Assembly (NCBI GenBank): GCA_963737655.1
Contig: CAVTTN010000002.1
Coordinates: 1,856,001-1,920,000, forward strand
From: an uncultured Planctomycetota bacterium
GTDB lineage: Bacteria; Planctomycetota; Planctomycetia; Isosphaerales; Isosphaeraceae
Direction of reading: 5' to 3'
Length of the DNA stretch: 64,000 bases
This document shows positions 30,021 to 40,169 of the stretch, piece by piece. The notes below the pieces were generated by a model, which was given only the letters and a program-made list of their open reading frames with translations, did not search any database and was not told the DNA's origin. The number at the start of each line of letters is the position of its first letter. Positions within the stretch are counted from its first letter, which is position 1. The translations under genes were made by a program, and so were the position numbers.

Positions 30021-30749
30021 ATGGCCGAGACGGTCTGGAAACACGTGGAGGCGAAGACGGCGGCGGAGGTCTGCGGGGCGTTCACCCCGGAGCCCGAGTC
30101 GCGGGCCCTGCTCCGCGACGAGGACACCCCCCGCTCGTTCTTCGCGAGCCTGGCGAAGGCCGGTCACCACCCCGACGCCGTCCGCGTCCTCGCCCATGCG
30201 CTGCCGAAGCGAGAGGCCGTCTGGTGGGCCTGCCGGTGCGTGAAGATGGCCTCGGGCGACCCGCCCGAGCCGGGCGTGGCCGAGGCGTTGGAGGCGATCC
30301 AGCGATGGGCCGCCGACCCGACCGACGCCCACCGGCGCGCCGCGATGGCCGCCGGGGAGGTCCTCGGGATGAACACCCCGGCCGGCTGCACGGCCGCCGC
30401 CGCGTTCTTCAGCGGGGGGAGCCTCGGGCCGGCGAACCTGCCCGAGATCCCGCCCGGCCCGTGGCTGACGGCCCGGGCGGTCGTCGGCGCCGTGATCCTC
30501 GCCGCCGTCTCGCCCGACGCCGCGAAGGCGCCCGAGAAATTCGCCGCGTTCCTGGCCAAGGGCTCGGAGGTCGCCGACGGGGCCGACCGCTGGGCCGATC
30601 CCGAGAAGCCGGAAGAAGCCCAGGCGCCCGCCCCGGCCGCCCCGGGCGATCGCCCGGCCGCCCCCAAGATCGCGCCCCCGCCCCAGATCGCGCCGGCGTC
30701 CCGACGCCCCGCTCCGGCCCCTCCCCGAGGGTTCTTCAAGGAGTCCTGA
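30021..30749 (+). CDS. VgrG/PAAR-associated protein (DUF6931-like)
   Basis: LAHALPKREAVWWAC and AAFFSGGSL motifs; position between vgrG and PAAR. Confidence 0.75.
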   Translation: MAETVWKHVEAKTAAEVCGAFTPEPESRALLRDEDTPRSFFASLAKAGHHPDAVRVLAHALPKREAVWWACRCVKMASGDPPEPGVAEALEAIQRWAADPTDAHRRAAMAAGEVLGMNTPAGCTAAAAFFSGGSLGPANLPEIPPGPWLTARAVVGAVILAAVSPDAAKAPEKFAAFLAKGSEVADGADRWADPEKPEEAQAPAPAAPGDRPAAPKIAPPPQIAPASRRPAPAPPRGFFKES

Positions 30750-30751
30750 CC

Positions 30752-31042
30752 ATGGGCATGCCCGCCGCGCGGATCACCGACATGCACGTCTGCCCGATGC
30801 TGACCGGGATCGTCCCCCACGTCGGGGGGCCGATCCTGCCGCCCGGAGGCATGCCGGTGCTGATCGGAGGGCTGCCGGCGGCGCGGGTCGGCGACATGCT
30901 CGTCTGCGTGGGGCCGCCCGACGTGATCGCCCTGGGCAGCTTCACCGTCCTGATCGCCGGGATGCCCGCGGCCAGGATGGGCGACCTGACGGCCCACGGA
31001 GGGGCGATCATCCTGGGACACCCCATGACCCTGGTCGGCTGA
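30752..31042 (+). CDS. PAAR domain protein
   Basis: Three PAAR motifs (PAARITD, PAARVGD, PAARMGD) with metal-binding His/Cys residues. Confidence 0.97.
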   Translation: MGMPAARITDMHVCPMLTGIVPHVGGPILPPGGMPVLIGGLPAARVGDMLVCVGPPDVIALGSFTVLIAGMPAARMGDLTAHGGAIILGHPMTLVG

Positions 31043-31066
31043 GGCCCCCTTCCCCGAGGAGATCCC

Positions 31067-32404
31067 ATGCCCTCCTACAAGTCGGCGACACCTCACGGGA
31101 CCGGCCCTCGCGGCGGTCAGCCCGGGAACCGGCTGCTCAGCCGATCGGTCATATCCACGAACTATTTCGGCGACATCAGCTTCCCCGGGACGCCCGAGCA
31201 GCGATCGATCGCCGTGGACATCCTCCAGTTCGGCCTGGACCTCGGCGGGATCTTCGAGCCCACGCCGTTCTGCGACATCTCCAGCGGCCTGATCTCCCTG
31301 GGCCGCAAGGAGTGGCTGAACGCGGGCATCAGCGCCCTGAGCATCATCCCGTACATCGGCGACCTGGCGAAGGTGGGCAAGCTGCCGAAGTATCTCAACA
31401 CGATCCGCAAGGCCGTCCGGCTGGCCTCCGAGGACGCGAAATTCGCCGAGCACCTCCGCCCCCTGTTCCTCCGGCTCAAGACCCTGCTGGCCGATCTCCC
31501 GCCCAAGGCCCTGCCCGAGGCGGCCCGGGGCACGATCGCGCAGATCAAGGCGGAAGTCGATGGGTTCCTCAAGGGGGCTAAGGTCGCCGAGGGGCCGATC
31601 ACCAAGATCCTGGCGAGGCTCCCGGAGGGACTCAAGAAGCCGTTCGAGAAGGCCCTCGGCCTCCCCCTGATCCGCAACCCGAGGAAGCTGGCCAAGCACC
31701 ACGGGCCGGTCTCCGAGAAGGCCCTCCTCGAAGAGATCCTCCGCACCGAGAAATCCGAGAAAAAAGGCTTCGAGCTGGTGAAGAAGGGCGACCACAAGAT
31801 GGCGGGCAAGGGAGAATCGAGCGACGTCTACCTGAGAAAAGTCCTCGGCGAGGACGGCAAGACCTATTACGAGGCCATCCGGATCGACCGCAAGCTTGAG
31901 AACACGGCCCTGCGTCACGGGACGATCGACGCCGCTTCGCGAGAAGAGGGCGTCCGGGGAGGAATCCAGCTCCGGAATGAGGCGGAACGGGCCGCGACCC
32001 GGGCCGAGATCCAGGCCGAGGGGGTGGCCCCGAGGCGGGTCCATCATTCCCTGGGAGAGACGCTGGACCCGCTGACCGGCCACCCCTACTCCACGCCCGA
32101 GATCGCCGGCCACCTGAACGCCGGGAGGGCCTACAAGGGGGATTTCTCCCACTGGCACCACGAGACGTTCCCCGCCTCTCCCGAGAACCTCGAAGCCTAC
32201 CTGAAGCCCGGGGCCAAGGTGAACGGCCTGAAGAAGCTGGACTCCGGCGGCGAGGTCGTCAACGAGAGCGTCCTGAAGCACCGGGGCTGGTCCCGCGAAG
32301 AGATCCCCGGCATGCCGAAGAAATCGCGAGAGCAGGCCGAGGCCGTCCAGGAGGCCGTCGATCAGCATCTCAAGGAGACGAAGGAGCGTCTCCAGAAGGA
32401 GTGA
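31067..32404 (+). CDS. Putative T6SS effector with pre-toxin TG-like segment and unknown C-terminal domain
   Basis: GAGGAG RBS; follows PAAR; LDLGGIFEPTPFCD...AGISALSIIPYIGDLAK..K pre-toxin-like motif; C-terminal half with IRID and SHWHHE. Confidence 0.65.
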   Translation: MPSYKSATPHGTGPRGGQPGNRLLSRSVISTNYFGDISFPGTPEQRSIAVDILQFGLDLGGIFEPTPFCDISSGLISLGRKEWLNAGISALSIIPYIGDLAKVGKLPKYLNTIRKAVRLASEDAKFAEHLRPLFLRLKTLLADLPPKALPEAARGTIAQIKAEVDGFLKGAKVAEGPITKILARLPEGLKKPFEKALGLPLIRNPRKLAKHHGPVSEKALLEEILRTEKSEKKGFELVKKGDHKMAGKGESSDVYLRKVLGEDGKTYYEAIRIDRKLENTALRHGTIDAASREEGVRGGIQLRNEAERAATRAEIQAEGVAPRRVHHSLGETLDPLTGHPYSTPEIAGHLNAGRAYKGDFSHWHHETFPASPENLEAYLKPGAKVNGLKKLDSGGEVVNESVLKHRGWSREEIPGMPKKSREQAEAVQEAVDQHLKETKERLQKE

Positions 32405-32419
32405 TTCGGCCTTCGATCG

Positions 32420-33295
32420 CTACTCCTCGTCCTCCTCGGCCCCCTTCAGGTCGTCGGGCTTCAGGCCCATGTGCCGGGCCACGGCGACGAGCTGGTTCTG
32501 CACCTCGAAGACCGCCGGCCTCGCCTCCGGGCTCGGGCGGAGGCAGGCCATGATCGCCTCATTGAGCGTCCCGGGAATCTCCGGGGCGAGCTTCATCGGC
32601 GGCCGGATCTTGCCCCGATAGCCCAGGTCCATCTCCTCCGACCCCGGGAGGCCGGCATTGTTCACGTAATGGCCGGTGAACATCCGGTACATGGTCGCGC
32701 CGAAGTTGTACAGGTCCGTCTTCTCATTGATCACCTTGTCCCGGGCCTGCTCCGGGGCCATGTATTGCGGGGTGCCCTGGACCCGGTTCTTCTCCTGGCC
32801 CTTGATCCAGGCCGTCCCGAAGTCGATCACCTTCACCTCGCCGTTCTTCGAGAGCATGAGGTTCCCCGGCTTCAGGTCGCCGTGGAACACCCCCCGCCGG
32901 TGCATGTGGGCGAGCGCGGACGCCACGTGGATGAACATCAGCACGAGCTGGCCGCGCTCGGGCATCTCCAGCTCGTCCAGGGTCCGGCCGTCGACGAACT
33001 CCATCAGCAATTCCACGCTCGCGGTCTTGAACCAGGCCTTCTTCACCCGACTGTCATGGATCTTCAGGATGCTCTTGTGATTGAGCCTCTGCGCGACCTC
33101 CGCTTCCTGAAGCGCCTGGTCAATATAGATATCATCCTCGGCCGACGCCCGCTTGACGACTTTCAAGGCATAGTAGCCGCCTTTTTTAACGTCGTTAATC
33201 TTGAGGATCGTGCTCCCGGCGCCGGTACCGAGCGGGCCGACGACCCGATATTGCATGTCCGAGAGCTTCAGGACGGGCGCGGTGGTCTCTGGCAT
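32420..33295 (-). CDS. Ser/Thr protein kinase (non-RD)
   Basis: ALKVV, HGDLKPGN, DFG and GTPQYMAPEQ. Confidence 0.92.
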   Translation of the reverse strand: MPETTAPVLKLSDMQYRVVGPLGTGAGSTILKINDVKKGGYYALKVVKRASAEDDIYIDQALQEAEVAQRLNHKSILKIHDSRVKKAWFKTASVELLMEFVDGRTLDELEMPERGQLVLMFIHVASALAHMHRRGVFHGDLKPGNLMLSKNGEVKVIDFGTAWIKGQEKNRVQGTPQYMAPEQARDKVINEKTDLYNFGATMYRMFTGHYVNNAGLPGSEEMDLGYRGKIRPPMKLAPEIPGTLNEAIMACLRPSPEARPAVFEVQNQLVAVARHMGLKPDDLKGAEEDEE

Positions 33296-33728
33296 GACCG
33301 ACCTCAGCCGCGGATGATCCGACGTCGATCGTCACGCGGAACGGTAGAGGGATCGAGCAATCCCCCGGGCGGGACGCCGGTCCGGGCCCCGGGGCTCCTG
33401 GCGACGGTCGGGAGCGGTGGGTGCTCCCGAGTATGGATGGAACCCAGGGTAATGCCTCCCGACCGGCGAATCAATCCTCGGGCCGTCGACCGCCATGCCG
33501 TTTTCCGCCTGATCGGGCGAGATGCCGGAACTTCGCCCCGGGCCCCGAGTTCCGCGACCGGGGCCCGGCGGCCCCGGATCGTCGCCTCATCCGACCGAAC
33601 CCCAGTCCGGCCCATGAGTTCGGCCTCCCTGGCCGGCCCGGGGCGGAAATCGACCCGAGCACGACGCCCCGGGCGCCTATGCTGAAGGGCAGACCGGACC
33701 GCGTCCTCACCCGGGAGACCCCTCGACG

Positions 33729-34220
33729 ATGACCGAGACCGCCGCCTTCCCCTCGGGCGATCCGGCCCGCCCCCTGGGACGGATTCCCAGCGGGATCTTC
33801 ATCCTGACCTCACGAAACGGCGATTTCCGCACCGGGATGCTCGCCAGTTGGGTCCAGCAGGCCGGGTTCGAGCCGCCGATGGTCAGCGTGGCCATCCGCC
33901 GCGACCGCTTCCTGGTCGATTGGCTGGCGGAGAATGGCCGATTCACGCTCAATCAGGTCGCGGCCGGGGACAAGGCCCTGCTCCGCCACTTTGCCCGAGG
34001 CTTCGAGCCGGGCCAGGAGGCGTTCGAGGGGCTGGACGTCCGCGAGACCGAGGGCGGGATCGTCCTGGCCGATGCGCTGACCTACCTCTCGGCCGAGGTC
34101 GCCGGCGCGATCGACGGCGGAGACCATCGCGTGATCCTCGGCCGGGTCCTCGACGGCGCGATCCTTGCGACGGACTCCGAGCCGATGGTCCACCTCCGCA
34201 AGACGGGCCTGCATTATTGA
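33729..34220 (+). CDS. Flavin reductase family protein
   Basis: LGRIPSGIFILT, MLASWVQQAGFEPP, GGDHRVILG and MVHLRKTG. Confidence 0.9.
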   Translation: MTETAAFPSGDPARPLGRIPSGIFILTSRNGDFRTGMLASWVQQAGFEPPMVSVAIRRDRFLVDWLAENGRFTLNQVAAGDKALLRHFARGFEPGQEAFEGLDVRETEGGIVLADALTYLSAEVAGAIDGGDHRVILGRVLDGAILATDSEPMVHLRKTGLHY

Positions 34221-34232
34221 GGGGGGGAGATG

Positions 34233-34418
34233 AACCGCCAAGACGCCAAGATCGCCAAGGGCAGAGGAGAGGAAGAGGAGGAAGAGACCAAGAGGAAGAG
34301 GTTCAAAACACAGATGGCGCAGATTTGAAAGGAAATTTCGTTTTAGATCTGCGTCATCTGCGTTTTGAACTCCCTCCTCCTCTCCTCTGCCCTTGGCGAC
34401 CTTGGCGTCTTGGCGGTT
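34233..34418. repeat. Nested palindromic (REPIN/MITE-like) element, copy 2
   Basis: Same outer inverted repeat as 20846-21045 (one mismatch between its own arms) and related inner repeat GTTCAAAACACAGATGGCGCAGATTTGAAA...TTTTAGATCTGCGTCATCTGCGTTTTGAAC. Confidence 0.9.
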
Positions 34419-34526
34419 AGCCTCCCCCGCTTCCAACGAATCCGGGCCCAACCGCTCGCAAGAGGGGCCGGATCGGGTATCATCGATATCCTGGGCTGTC
34501 GCATCGTTCCCCCCGGAAGCCTTTCC

Positions 34527-35120
34527 ATGACCGTGCCCGAGGGAGGATCGGTCACCCGGCTGATCCAGGACTTCCGCGGGGGCGACTCGTCGGCCTTCGA
34601 GGAGCTCTGGCGACGGTATTTCGATCGCCTGGTGGCGATGGCCTCGAAGCTGACGAGGAACCAGGGGGAAGACGCCGCGCTGGAGGCGTTCAACAGCTTC
34701 CATCGGCGGGCCCGCCGGGGCGATTTCCCGAACCTGGACGACCGCGACGATCTCTGGGTCCAGCTGATGACGCTGACCCGCCAGAAGGTCATCGACTTCC
34801 GCCGCCGGGAGCGCACCTTGAAGCGAGGCGGAGGGGTCGTCACGGTCCGGGAGGCCGACTGGCTCGGCGAGGAGGGGGACGAACCGCCCCTGGCCGAGGT
34901 CCTGGGCCGCGAGCCCGAGCCCGAATTCGCCGCGATGATGACCGAGCAATGCCGGACCTTGCTCGATCGACTCGGGGACGACACGCTCCGGGAAATCGCC
35001 CTGATGAAGATGGGGCTGAACACCCACAAGGAGATCGCCGACCGCTTCGGCCGCTCCCTGAGCTGGGTCAATCGCAAGCTCGACCTGATCCGCACCATCT
35101 GGGGGGCGCCCTCGCCGTGA
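34527..35120 (+). CDS. ECF-type sigma factor (kinase-associated, planctomycete type)
   Basis: GSVTRLI, LWRRYFDRLV, DRDDLW..L and EIADRFGRSLSWVNRKL HTH; overlaps the kinase start (GTGA). Confidence 0.88.
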   Translation: MTVPEGGSVTRLIQDFRGGDSSAFEELWRRYFDRLVAMASKLTRNQGEDAALEAFNSFHRRARRGDFPNLDDRDDLWVQLMTLTRQKVIDFRRRERTLKRGGGVVTVREADWLGEEGDEPPLAEVLGREPEPEFAAMMTEQCRTLLDRLGDDTLREIALMKMGLNTHKEIADRFGRSLSWVNRKLDLIRTIWGAPSP

Positions 35121-37654
35121 GCATCGCCTCCGACCGCCTGCTCGCCACCGTGCCCTGGGAGTGGAAGTGCCGCGTCAACGACGTGTGCGACCGCTTCGAG
35201 GACGCCTGGAGGGACGGCCGATCGCCCCGGGTCGAGGACTTCCTCGCCGATCCGGCCGTGCCCCCGGCGCGCCGCGCGGCCCTGCTCGGCGAGCTCCTGA
35301 AGCTCGAACGCGAGCTCCGGCAGGCGGGCGGGGAGAAGCCCGGCGCGTCGGAATACCTCGCGAGGTTCCCGAGCTACGGCGTCGTGGTCCGAGGCGTGTT
35401 CGGCGAGGACCGCGTGGGCGATTACGACCTGATCGCCCCGATCGGCGAGGGGGGGATGGGCGTCGTCTACCACGCCCGCCATCGCGGGATCGGCCGCGAG
35501 GTCGCCCTGAAGATGATCCGCGCGAACTACCTGGACGACTCCTCGGCCGTGGACCGCTTCCGCCTCGAAGCCCAGCTCGCGGCGAGGCTGGAGCACGAGG
35601 GGATCGTCCCGGTTTACGAGACCGGGCAGTCCGGCGGCCAGCATTTCTACGCCATGAGGTTCATCGCCGGTCAGAGCCTCGCCGAGGTCATCGGCCGTCG
35701 CCCGATCGACCCCATCCGGGCCGCGAACTACCTCGAAGCGGTGGCCCGGGCCGTCGATTTCGCCCACACCCAGGGCGTCCTCCACCGCGATCTGAAGCCC
35801 CGGAACATCCTGATCGACGCCTCCGACCGCGCCTTCGTGACCGACTTCGGCCTGGCGAAGGTGCTGGGGCAGGGGCCCGGCGCCACCCGGACGACGGACA
35901 ACCTCGGCACCCCCCCGTACATGTCGCCCGAGCAGGTCCGCGACCCGTCTCGCGCCGGCGTGGCCAGCGATGTGTACAGCCTGGGCGCGACCCTCTACGA
36001 GACGCTCACCGGCCGACCGCCGTTCGTCGCCGAGAGCCCGGTCGAGGTCCATCGGATGGTCCTGGACGAGGAGCCGGTGCCCCCTCGGAGCCGTGAGCCG
36101 AAGTGCCCGCGGGACCTCGAGACGATCTGCCTGAAATGCCTCGAAAAGGAGCCGGCGGGCCGCTATCCCTCGGCCCTGGCGCTGGCCGAGGACCTCGCCC
36201 GGTATCGCCTCGGGACGCCGATCCTCGCCCGGCCGGTCGGGCCGATCGAGCGGTGCCGCAAGTGGGCGAGGCGTCACCCCACGGCCGCCGCCCTCGTGGC
36301 GGTCAGCCTGCTCGCCGCCGCGGCCCTCGGCGCCGTGGTCCAGGCGAGGCGGACCAACGCCGTCCTGGACCGCAGCTACCATCAGGCGAGGGAGGCCGTC
36401 GATGCCCTGGCGAAGTTCGGCGAGAAGAGGCTGGCCGACCAGCCCGCGCTGAAGTCCGAGGTGCTCGATATCGCGCTCAAATATTACGACCAATTCTTGA
36501 GAGAACGCGGCGACGACCCCGCGCTGGCCGAGGAGCTCGCGGCCACGTTCACCCGGGTCGCCCGGCTCCGGAACGCCCTGGGGGCGAGGGCCAAGGCCCT
36601 GGAAGCCTATCAGCATGCCCTGACGATCCGTCGAGGGCTGGCCCGCCGATCGCCGGGAGACCGCTCGGCCCGCGCCGACGTGGCGGACACCTTCCACGAG
36701 ATCGGCATCCTCGAACGGGCCCTGGGGAGGCCGTCGGCGTCGATCGCGTCGTATCGCGAGGCCCTGGCGATCCGCGAGGCCCTCGTTCAGGACGACGCCG
36801 ACTGCCGGGCCGTCCTCGAAGGGATCGGGCCTCGCGAGCTCTCCCCGTCGCAACGGGGGGCCCTGGCCGACCTGGCGAGGAGCCATGGCTACATCGGCGA
36901 CTGGGAGCGCGAGGAGGGCCGCCCGGACGATGCCCGCGCCTCGTATGAAACCGCCCGACGGCTCCGGGAGGCCGTCCTCGCCGCCGATCCGAGCGACCCG
37001 GTGGCCATGCTCCAGGTCGGTCGGAGCGAGAACAACAGCGGCATCCTCGACCGCGAGTCCGGCCGTCCCGAACGCGCGATCGCCGATCACCGCCGGGCCC
37101 GGACCCTCCAGGAAGCGCTGGTGGCGATCGGCCCCGGGGCGTCGCGGGCCCGGCTCGAAGCGATCGGCCGGGCCTCGGGACGAGATCCGGAATACGACCA
37201 CGACGACTTCCGCGCCGATCTCGCCGCGACGAGGAATTATCTCGGGGTCCTGCTGACCGAGGCGGGGCGGACCGACGAGGCCCTCGCCGAGCACGAGAAG
37301 GCGGGGGCCATCCTCGACGCCCTGGCGACCGAGCACCCCGGCCTCTCGCGGTTCGACCCCGATCGGGCCTGGACCCGCACGTATCTCGGCGCCCTGCGAG
37401 GCTCCCGGGCCGAGCTCGACGACGCCCGGGCCCTCTTCGAACGGCTCCTCGCCGAGAACCCGAACCTCCCCAGGCTCCGGGCCGGCCTCGCCCGCAATCG
37501 GGCCGAGACCGCCGCCCTGGCGAAGAAATCGGGGCGGATCGAAGAGGCCCAACGCCTCCTCAAGCTCGCAAGACAGGCCCAGCAAGCCCTCCTCCGCGAA
37601 CAACCCCGCAATTTCGATTACCGCAAGGACCTGGAGAGGACGGAAGCCCTGTAG
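35117..37654 (+). CDS. Ser/Thr protein kinase with TM and TPR repeats
   Basis: VCDRFEDAW N-terminus, IGEGGMGVVY, HRDLKPRN, DFGLAK, GTPPYMSPEQ and TPR-like helical repeats. Confidence 0.92.
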   Translation: MSIASDRLLATVPWEWKCRVNDVCDRFEDAWRDGRSPRVEDFLADPAVPPARRAALLGELLKLERELRQAGGEKPGASEYLARFPSYGVVVRGVFGEDRVGDYDLIAPIGEGGMGVVYHARHRGIGREVALKMIRANYLDDSSAVDRFRLEAQLAARLEHEGIVPVYETGQSGGQHFYAMRFIAGQSLAEVIGRRPIDPIRAANYLEAVARAVDFAHTQGVLHRDLKPRNILIDASDRAFVTDFGLAKVLGQGPGATRTTDNLGTPPYMSPEQVRDPSRAGVASDVYSLGATLYETLTGRPPFVAESPVEVHRMVLDEEPVPPRSREPKCPRDLETICLKCLEKEPAGRYPSALALAEDLARYRLGTPILARPVGPIERCRKWARRHPTAAALVAVSLLAAAALGAVVQARRTNAVLDRSYHQAREAVDALAKFGEKRLADQPALKSEVLDIALKYYDQFLRERGDDPALAEELAATFTRVARLRNALGARAKALEAYQHALTIRRGLARRSPGDRSARADVADTFHEIGILERALGRPSASIASYREALAIREALVQDDADCRAVLEGIGPRELSPSQRGALADLARSHGYIGDWEREEGRPDDARASYETARRLREAVLAADPSDPVAMLQVGRSENNSGILDRESGRPERAIADHRRARTLQEALVAIGPGASRARLEAIGRASGRDPEYDHDDFRADLAATRNYLGVLLTEAGRTDEALAEHEKAGAILDALATEHPGLSRFDPDRAWTRTYLGALRGSRAELDDARALFERLLAENPNLPRLRAGLARNRAETAALAKKSGRIEEAQRLLKLARQAQQALLREQPRNFDYRKDLERTEAL

Positions 37655-37724
37655 GGTGCATGAAATGCACCAAACACGCGGCGGTTGTCGGCCGCAGCGG
37701 GTTGGTGCATTTCATGCATCCGAC
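37651..37724. repeat. GTAG-type REP doublet
   Basis: GTAGGGTGCATGAAATGCACCAA ... TTGGTGCATTTCATGCATCCGAC between convergent genes. Confidence 0.9.
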
Positions 37725-37743
37725 AAGGAGTTTTCCCCCGAGA

Positions 37744-39774
37744 TCACTTCGAACCGAGGTTCGCCCCGCCGTTGCGCTGGACCAGGGCCCGGTCCAGGGC
37801 CTTCTCCACCTCGGCGGCCTTGCGGATCTTCCGGTTCACGACCTTCCCCTGGCCGTCCACCAGGATCATCATCGTGGTCGAGTAGATGCCCATCTCCTGG
37901 GCGGGCCGGCTCTCCATGCCTCCCGGCTCGAAGATCGTGCTCCAGGGGACCGAGGCGGCCTTGAGGAAGTCGTCGAGGGTCGCCTTGTCGTCGTCCAGGC
38001 TCACGCCGAGGACGTCGAACCCCTTGGCCCCGAGCTTCTCCCTGATCGCCGAGAGCTCCTGAAGCTCTTTCTGGTCGGCCGATGAGCCGGCCCGGAAGTA
38101 GACGACCACGAACGTCTTGCCGCGGAGGGCGTCGGTGCCGGCGGGCTTGCCGTCGGTCCCCTGGCCGACCACTCGCAGGGGCTTGCCGTCGAGGTCCATC
38201 CGCTTCAGCGCGCCGACGGCCTTCTTGCCGGCCTCGGTCGTGGGGTGGTCCTTGGCGAGCCGTTGATACCACGTCTTCGCCGCGTCCTCGTCGCCGTTGA
38301 ACTCGCTGAGGCTGGCGAGCTGGATCAGGACGTCCGGCGCCTCGTCGGCCTGGGGGAAGTCCTGGAGGTATTTTTCGAAGTTCTTGAGGTACGTCTTCTG
38401 GGCTTCGAGGTAGTTCGCGCCCGGCTCGTCCATCTCCATCTCGAACTGGACGAGGATCTTGCGATAGGCGGCATACGAGCCGACCTTGCCGCCCTGGGCG
38501 ACGAACTTGTCGATCGTGGCCATGCCGTCGGGGAGCTGGCCGGTGCGGATCGCCTCGGCGAGGTTGCCGATGACCTGCTTGGTATAGGTGAGCTTCTCGG
38601 TCGGTTCGGTCGCGGCCGAGATCACCGCGTAGAGCAAGCGGGTCCGGGCGATGTTCCACTCGGCCACGGCCTTCTTGCCGGCGTCGGGGCCCGGAGGCCC
38701 GGCCTGGTCGAACTCGGTCAGGGCCTTGACCGCGGCCTCGAACTTCGGATCGTGGGGCGGCGTCACCCCGCCGATCGCTCCGCCTCCGCTGAGGAGGTCC
38801 GTCCTCAGGCTCACCAGCGCCCCGCCCACGGGATTGGCCGGGTCGATCGCCTGCGGGAGATCCAGGAACTTCCAGGTCTCGCCCACGCGGATCACGTCGG
38901 CGGCGCTCAGGAAGGCCATCTTGGCGGCCTTCTCGGGCGTCGTCCCCTCGGCCGGGGCGGGGAAGATCAGGGCGTTCTCGTACAGGAGGATTTCGGACTT
39001 GAGGCCCGGCGCCGAGTCCTCGGGGATCACGTGGGGCATGGCGCCGTCGAACCTCGCCCACTCCGTCGCGGCCGTCCAGCCGACGAGCTTGCCTCGAAGC
39101 GCCGCCAGGGCCTTCACTCGCCCCTCGGCCGCCGTGGCGACCCTCTCGACCGTCTTCGCCGGGGCGCCGATGGCCTGGAGATCCTCGGGCGTCGCCATCA
39201 CGGTGGCGAGCAGGTCGGGGTCATTGGCCACGACCGCCTGGACGAGCACCTTGCTGGCTTCCTCGGCCGAGATCCGGCCCCAGCCGACGATCCGGGAGGT
39301 CCGGCCGCCCCCCTTGAGCTCCTCGGGGCGGACCTTGGCGACGCGGGTGCCGTTGGAGTTCATCCATCGGACCTCGTCGAGGCTGCCGTCCTCGTCGGAA
39401 TCGACCTCGCGATAGACCTCGAAGCCGTCCTGGTAGTAGCTCCACTGGTCCAGGTGGGTGCTCGGCTTCTTCTCGCCGTCGCGCTGGGTCTTCTGGCCGT
39501 TGGTGTCGAGGAACTTGCGGAGGGTTCGGCCCTGGCCGTCCTTGAGGATGAACCCCTTGGTGCTGGAATCGACCTTGCACGCCTCGACGGCCGCCTTGAC
39601 GGCCGGGTCGTTCCCCTTCAGGGCCGAGGCGGGCAGGTCGTATTCGACCCCCTTGAACACCGGGTTGTACCGGGTCAGGAGGAATTCCGGGGTGATCTCC
39701 TGGGCGAGCGCCAGGGCCGGGACCAGCCCGAGCGCCGAGAGCATCACCGCCGAGGTCCGAAGCGAAGCCCGCAT
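37744..39774 (-). CDS. Exported TPR + C-terminal thioredoxin-like (redoxin) domain protein lacking CxxC
   Basis: Signal peptide; LDQWSYYQDGFEVYREVDSD; C-terminal LRGKTFVVVYF...VLGVSLD...ILVDGQGKVV. Confidence 0.78.
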   Translation of the reverse strand: MRASLRTSAVMLSALGLVPALALAQEITPEFLLTRYNPVFKGVEYDLPASALKGNDPAVKAAVEACKVDSSTKGFILKDGQGRTLRKFLDTNGQKTQRDGEKKPSTHLDQWSYYQDGFEVYREVDSDEDGSLDEVRWMNSNGTRVAKVRPEELKGGGRTSRIVGWGRISAEEASKVLVQAVVANDPDLLATVMATPEDLQAIGAPAKTVERVATAAEGRVKALAALRGKLVGWTAATEWARFDGAMPHVIPEDSAPGLKSEILLYENALIFPAPAEGTTPEKAAKMAFLSAADVIRVGETWKFLDLPQAIDPANPVGGALVSLRTDLLSGGGAIGGVTPPHDPKFEAAVKALTEFDQAGPPGPDAGKKAVAEWNIARTRLLYAVISAATEPTEKLTYTKQVIGNLAEAIRTGQLPDGMATIDKFVAQGGKVGSYAAYRKILVQFEMEMDEPGANYLEAQKTYLKNFEKYLQDFPQADEAPDVLIQLASLSEFNGDEDAAKTWYQRLAKDHPTTEAGKKAVGALKRMDLDGKPLRVVGQGTDGKPAGTDALRGKTFVVVYFRAGSSADQKELQELSAIREKLGAKGFDVLGVSLDDDKATLDDFLKAASVPWSTIFEPGGMESRPAQEMGIYSTTMMILVDGQGKVVNRKIRKAAEVEKALDRALVQRNGGANLGSK

Positions 39775-40066
39775 CGGCGTCTCCTTGTTCTTGCGTGCGA
39801 TCGTCCTCGCCGAGGCTCCGCCCCGGCGATCCCCGCCGCCTCTCCGGCGCGGGGGGCCTTCCGTCGGTCTTGTAAGAAGCGACTCGCGACCCGGTCAAAC
39901 TTGCAACGAGCCGTCGCCGGATCGTCGCATCCGTCCCCGTCGTCGCGATCGCGGTCCCTTGCATTATCGGCAGGACCGGCCCCCGTCTGAAGCGATGGCG
40001 ACCCACCCGGCCCGAACGTCTGCAGACGCAATGCCATCGACGAGCACAGATCGGTTCGACGGCCTC

Positions 40067-40155
40067 CCGGGTGGCATGCCCACACTGACGTGGGCATGTC
40101 CTCGGTCCGGCGTTGTCCGAAGACATGCCCACGCCGACGTGGGCATGCCACTCGG
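40067..40155. repeat. Palindromic doublet of a further REP-like family
   Basis: GGCATGCCCAC-N5-6-GTGGGCATG hairpin present twice in inverted orientation, just downstream of the 40170 stop. Confidence 0.75.
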
Positions 40156-40169
40156 ATAACCCTTTCCTC

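Noticed and set aside
34527..37654. ECF sigma factor-Ser/Thr kinase pair as a novelty
   Set aside because: Well-known and abundant arrangement in planctomycetes.
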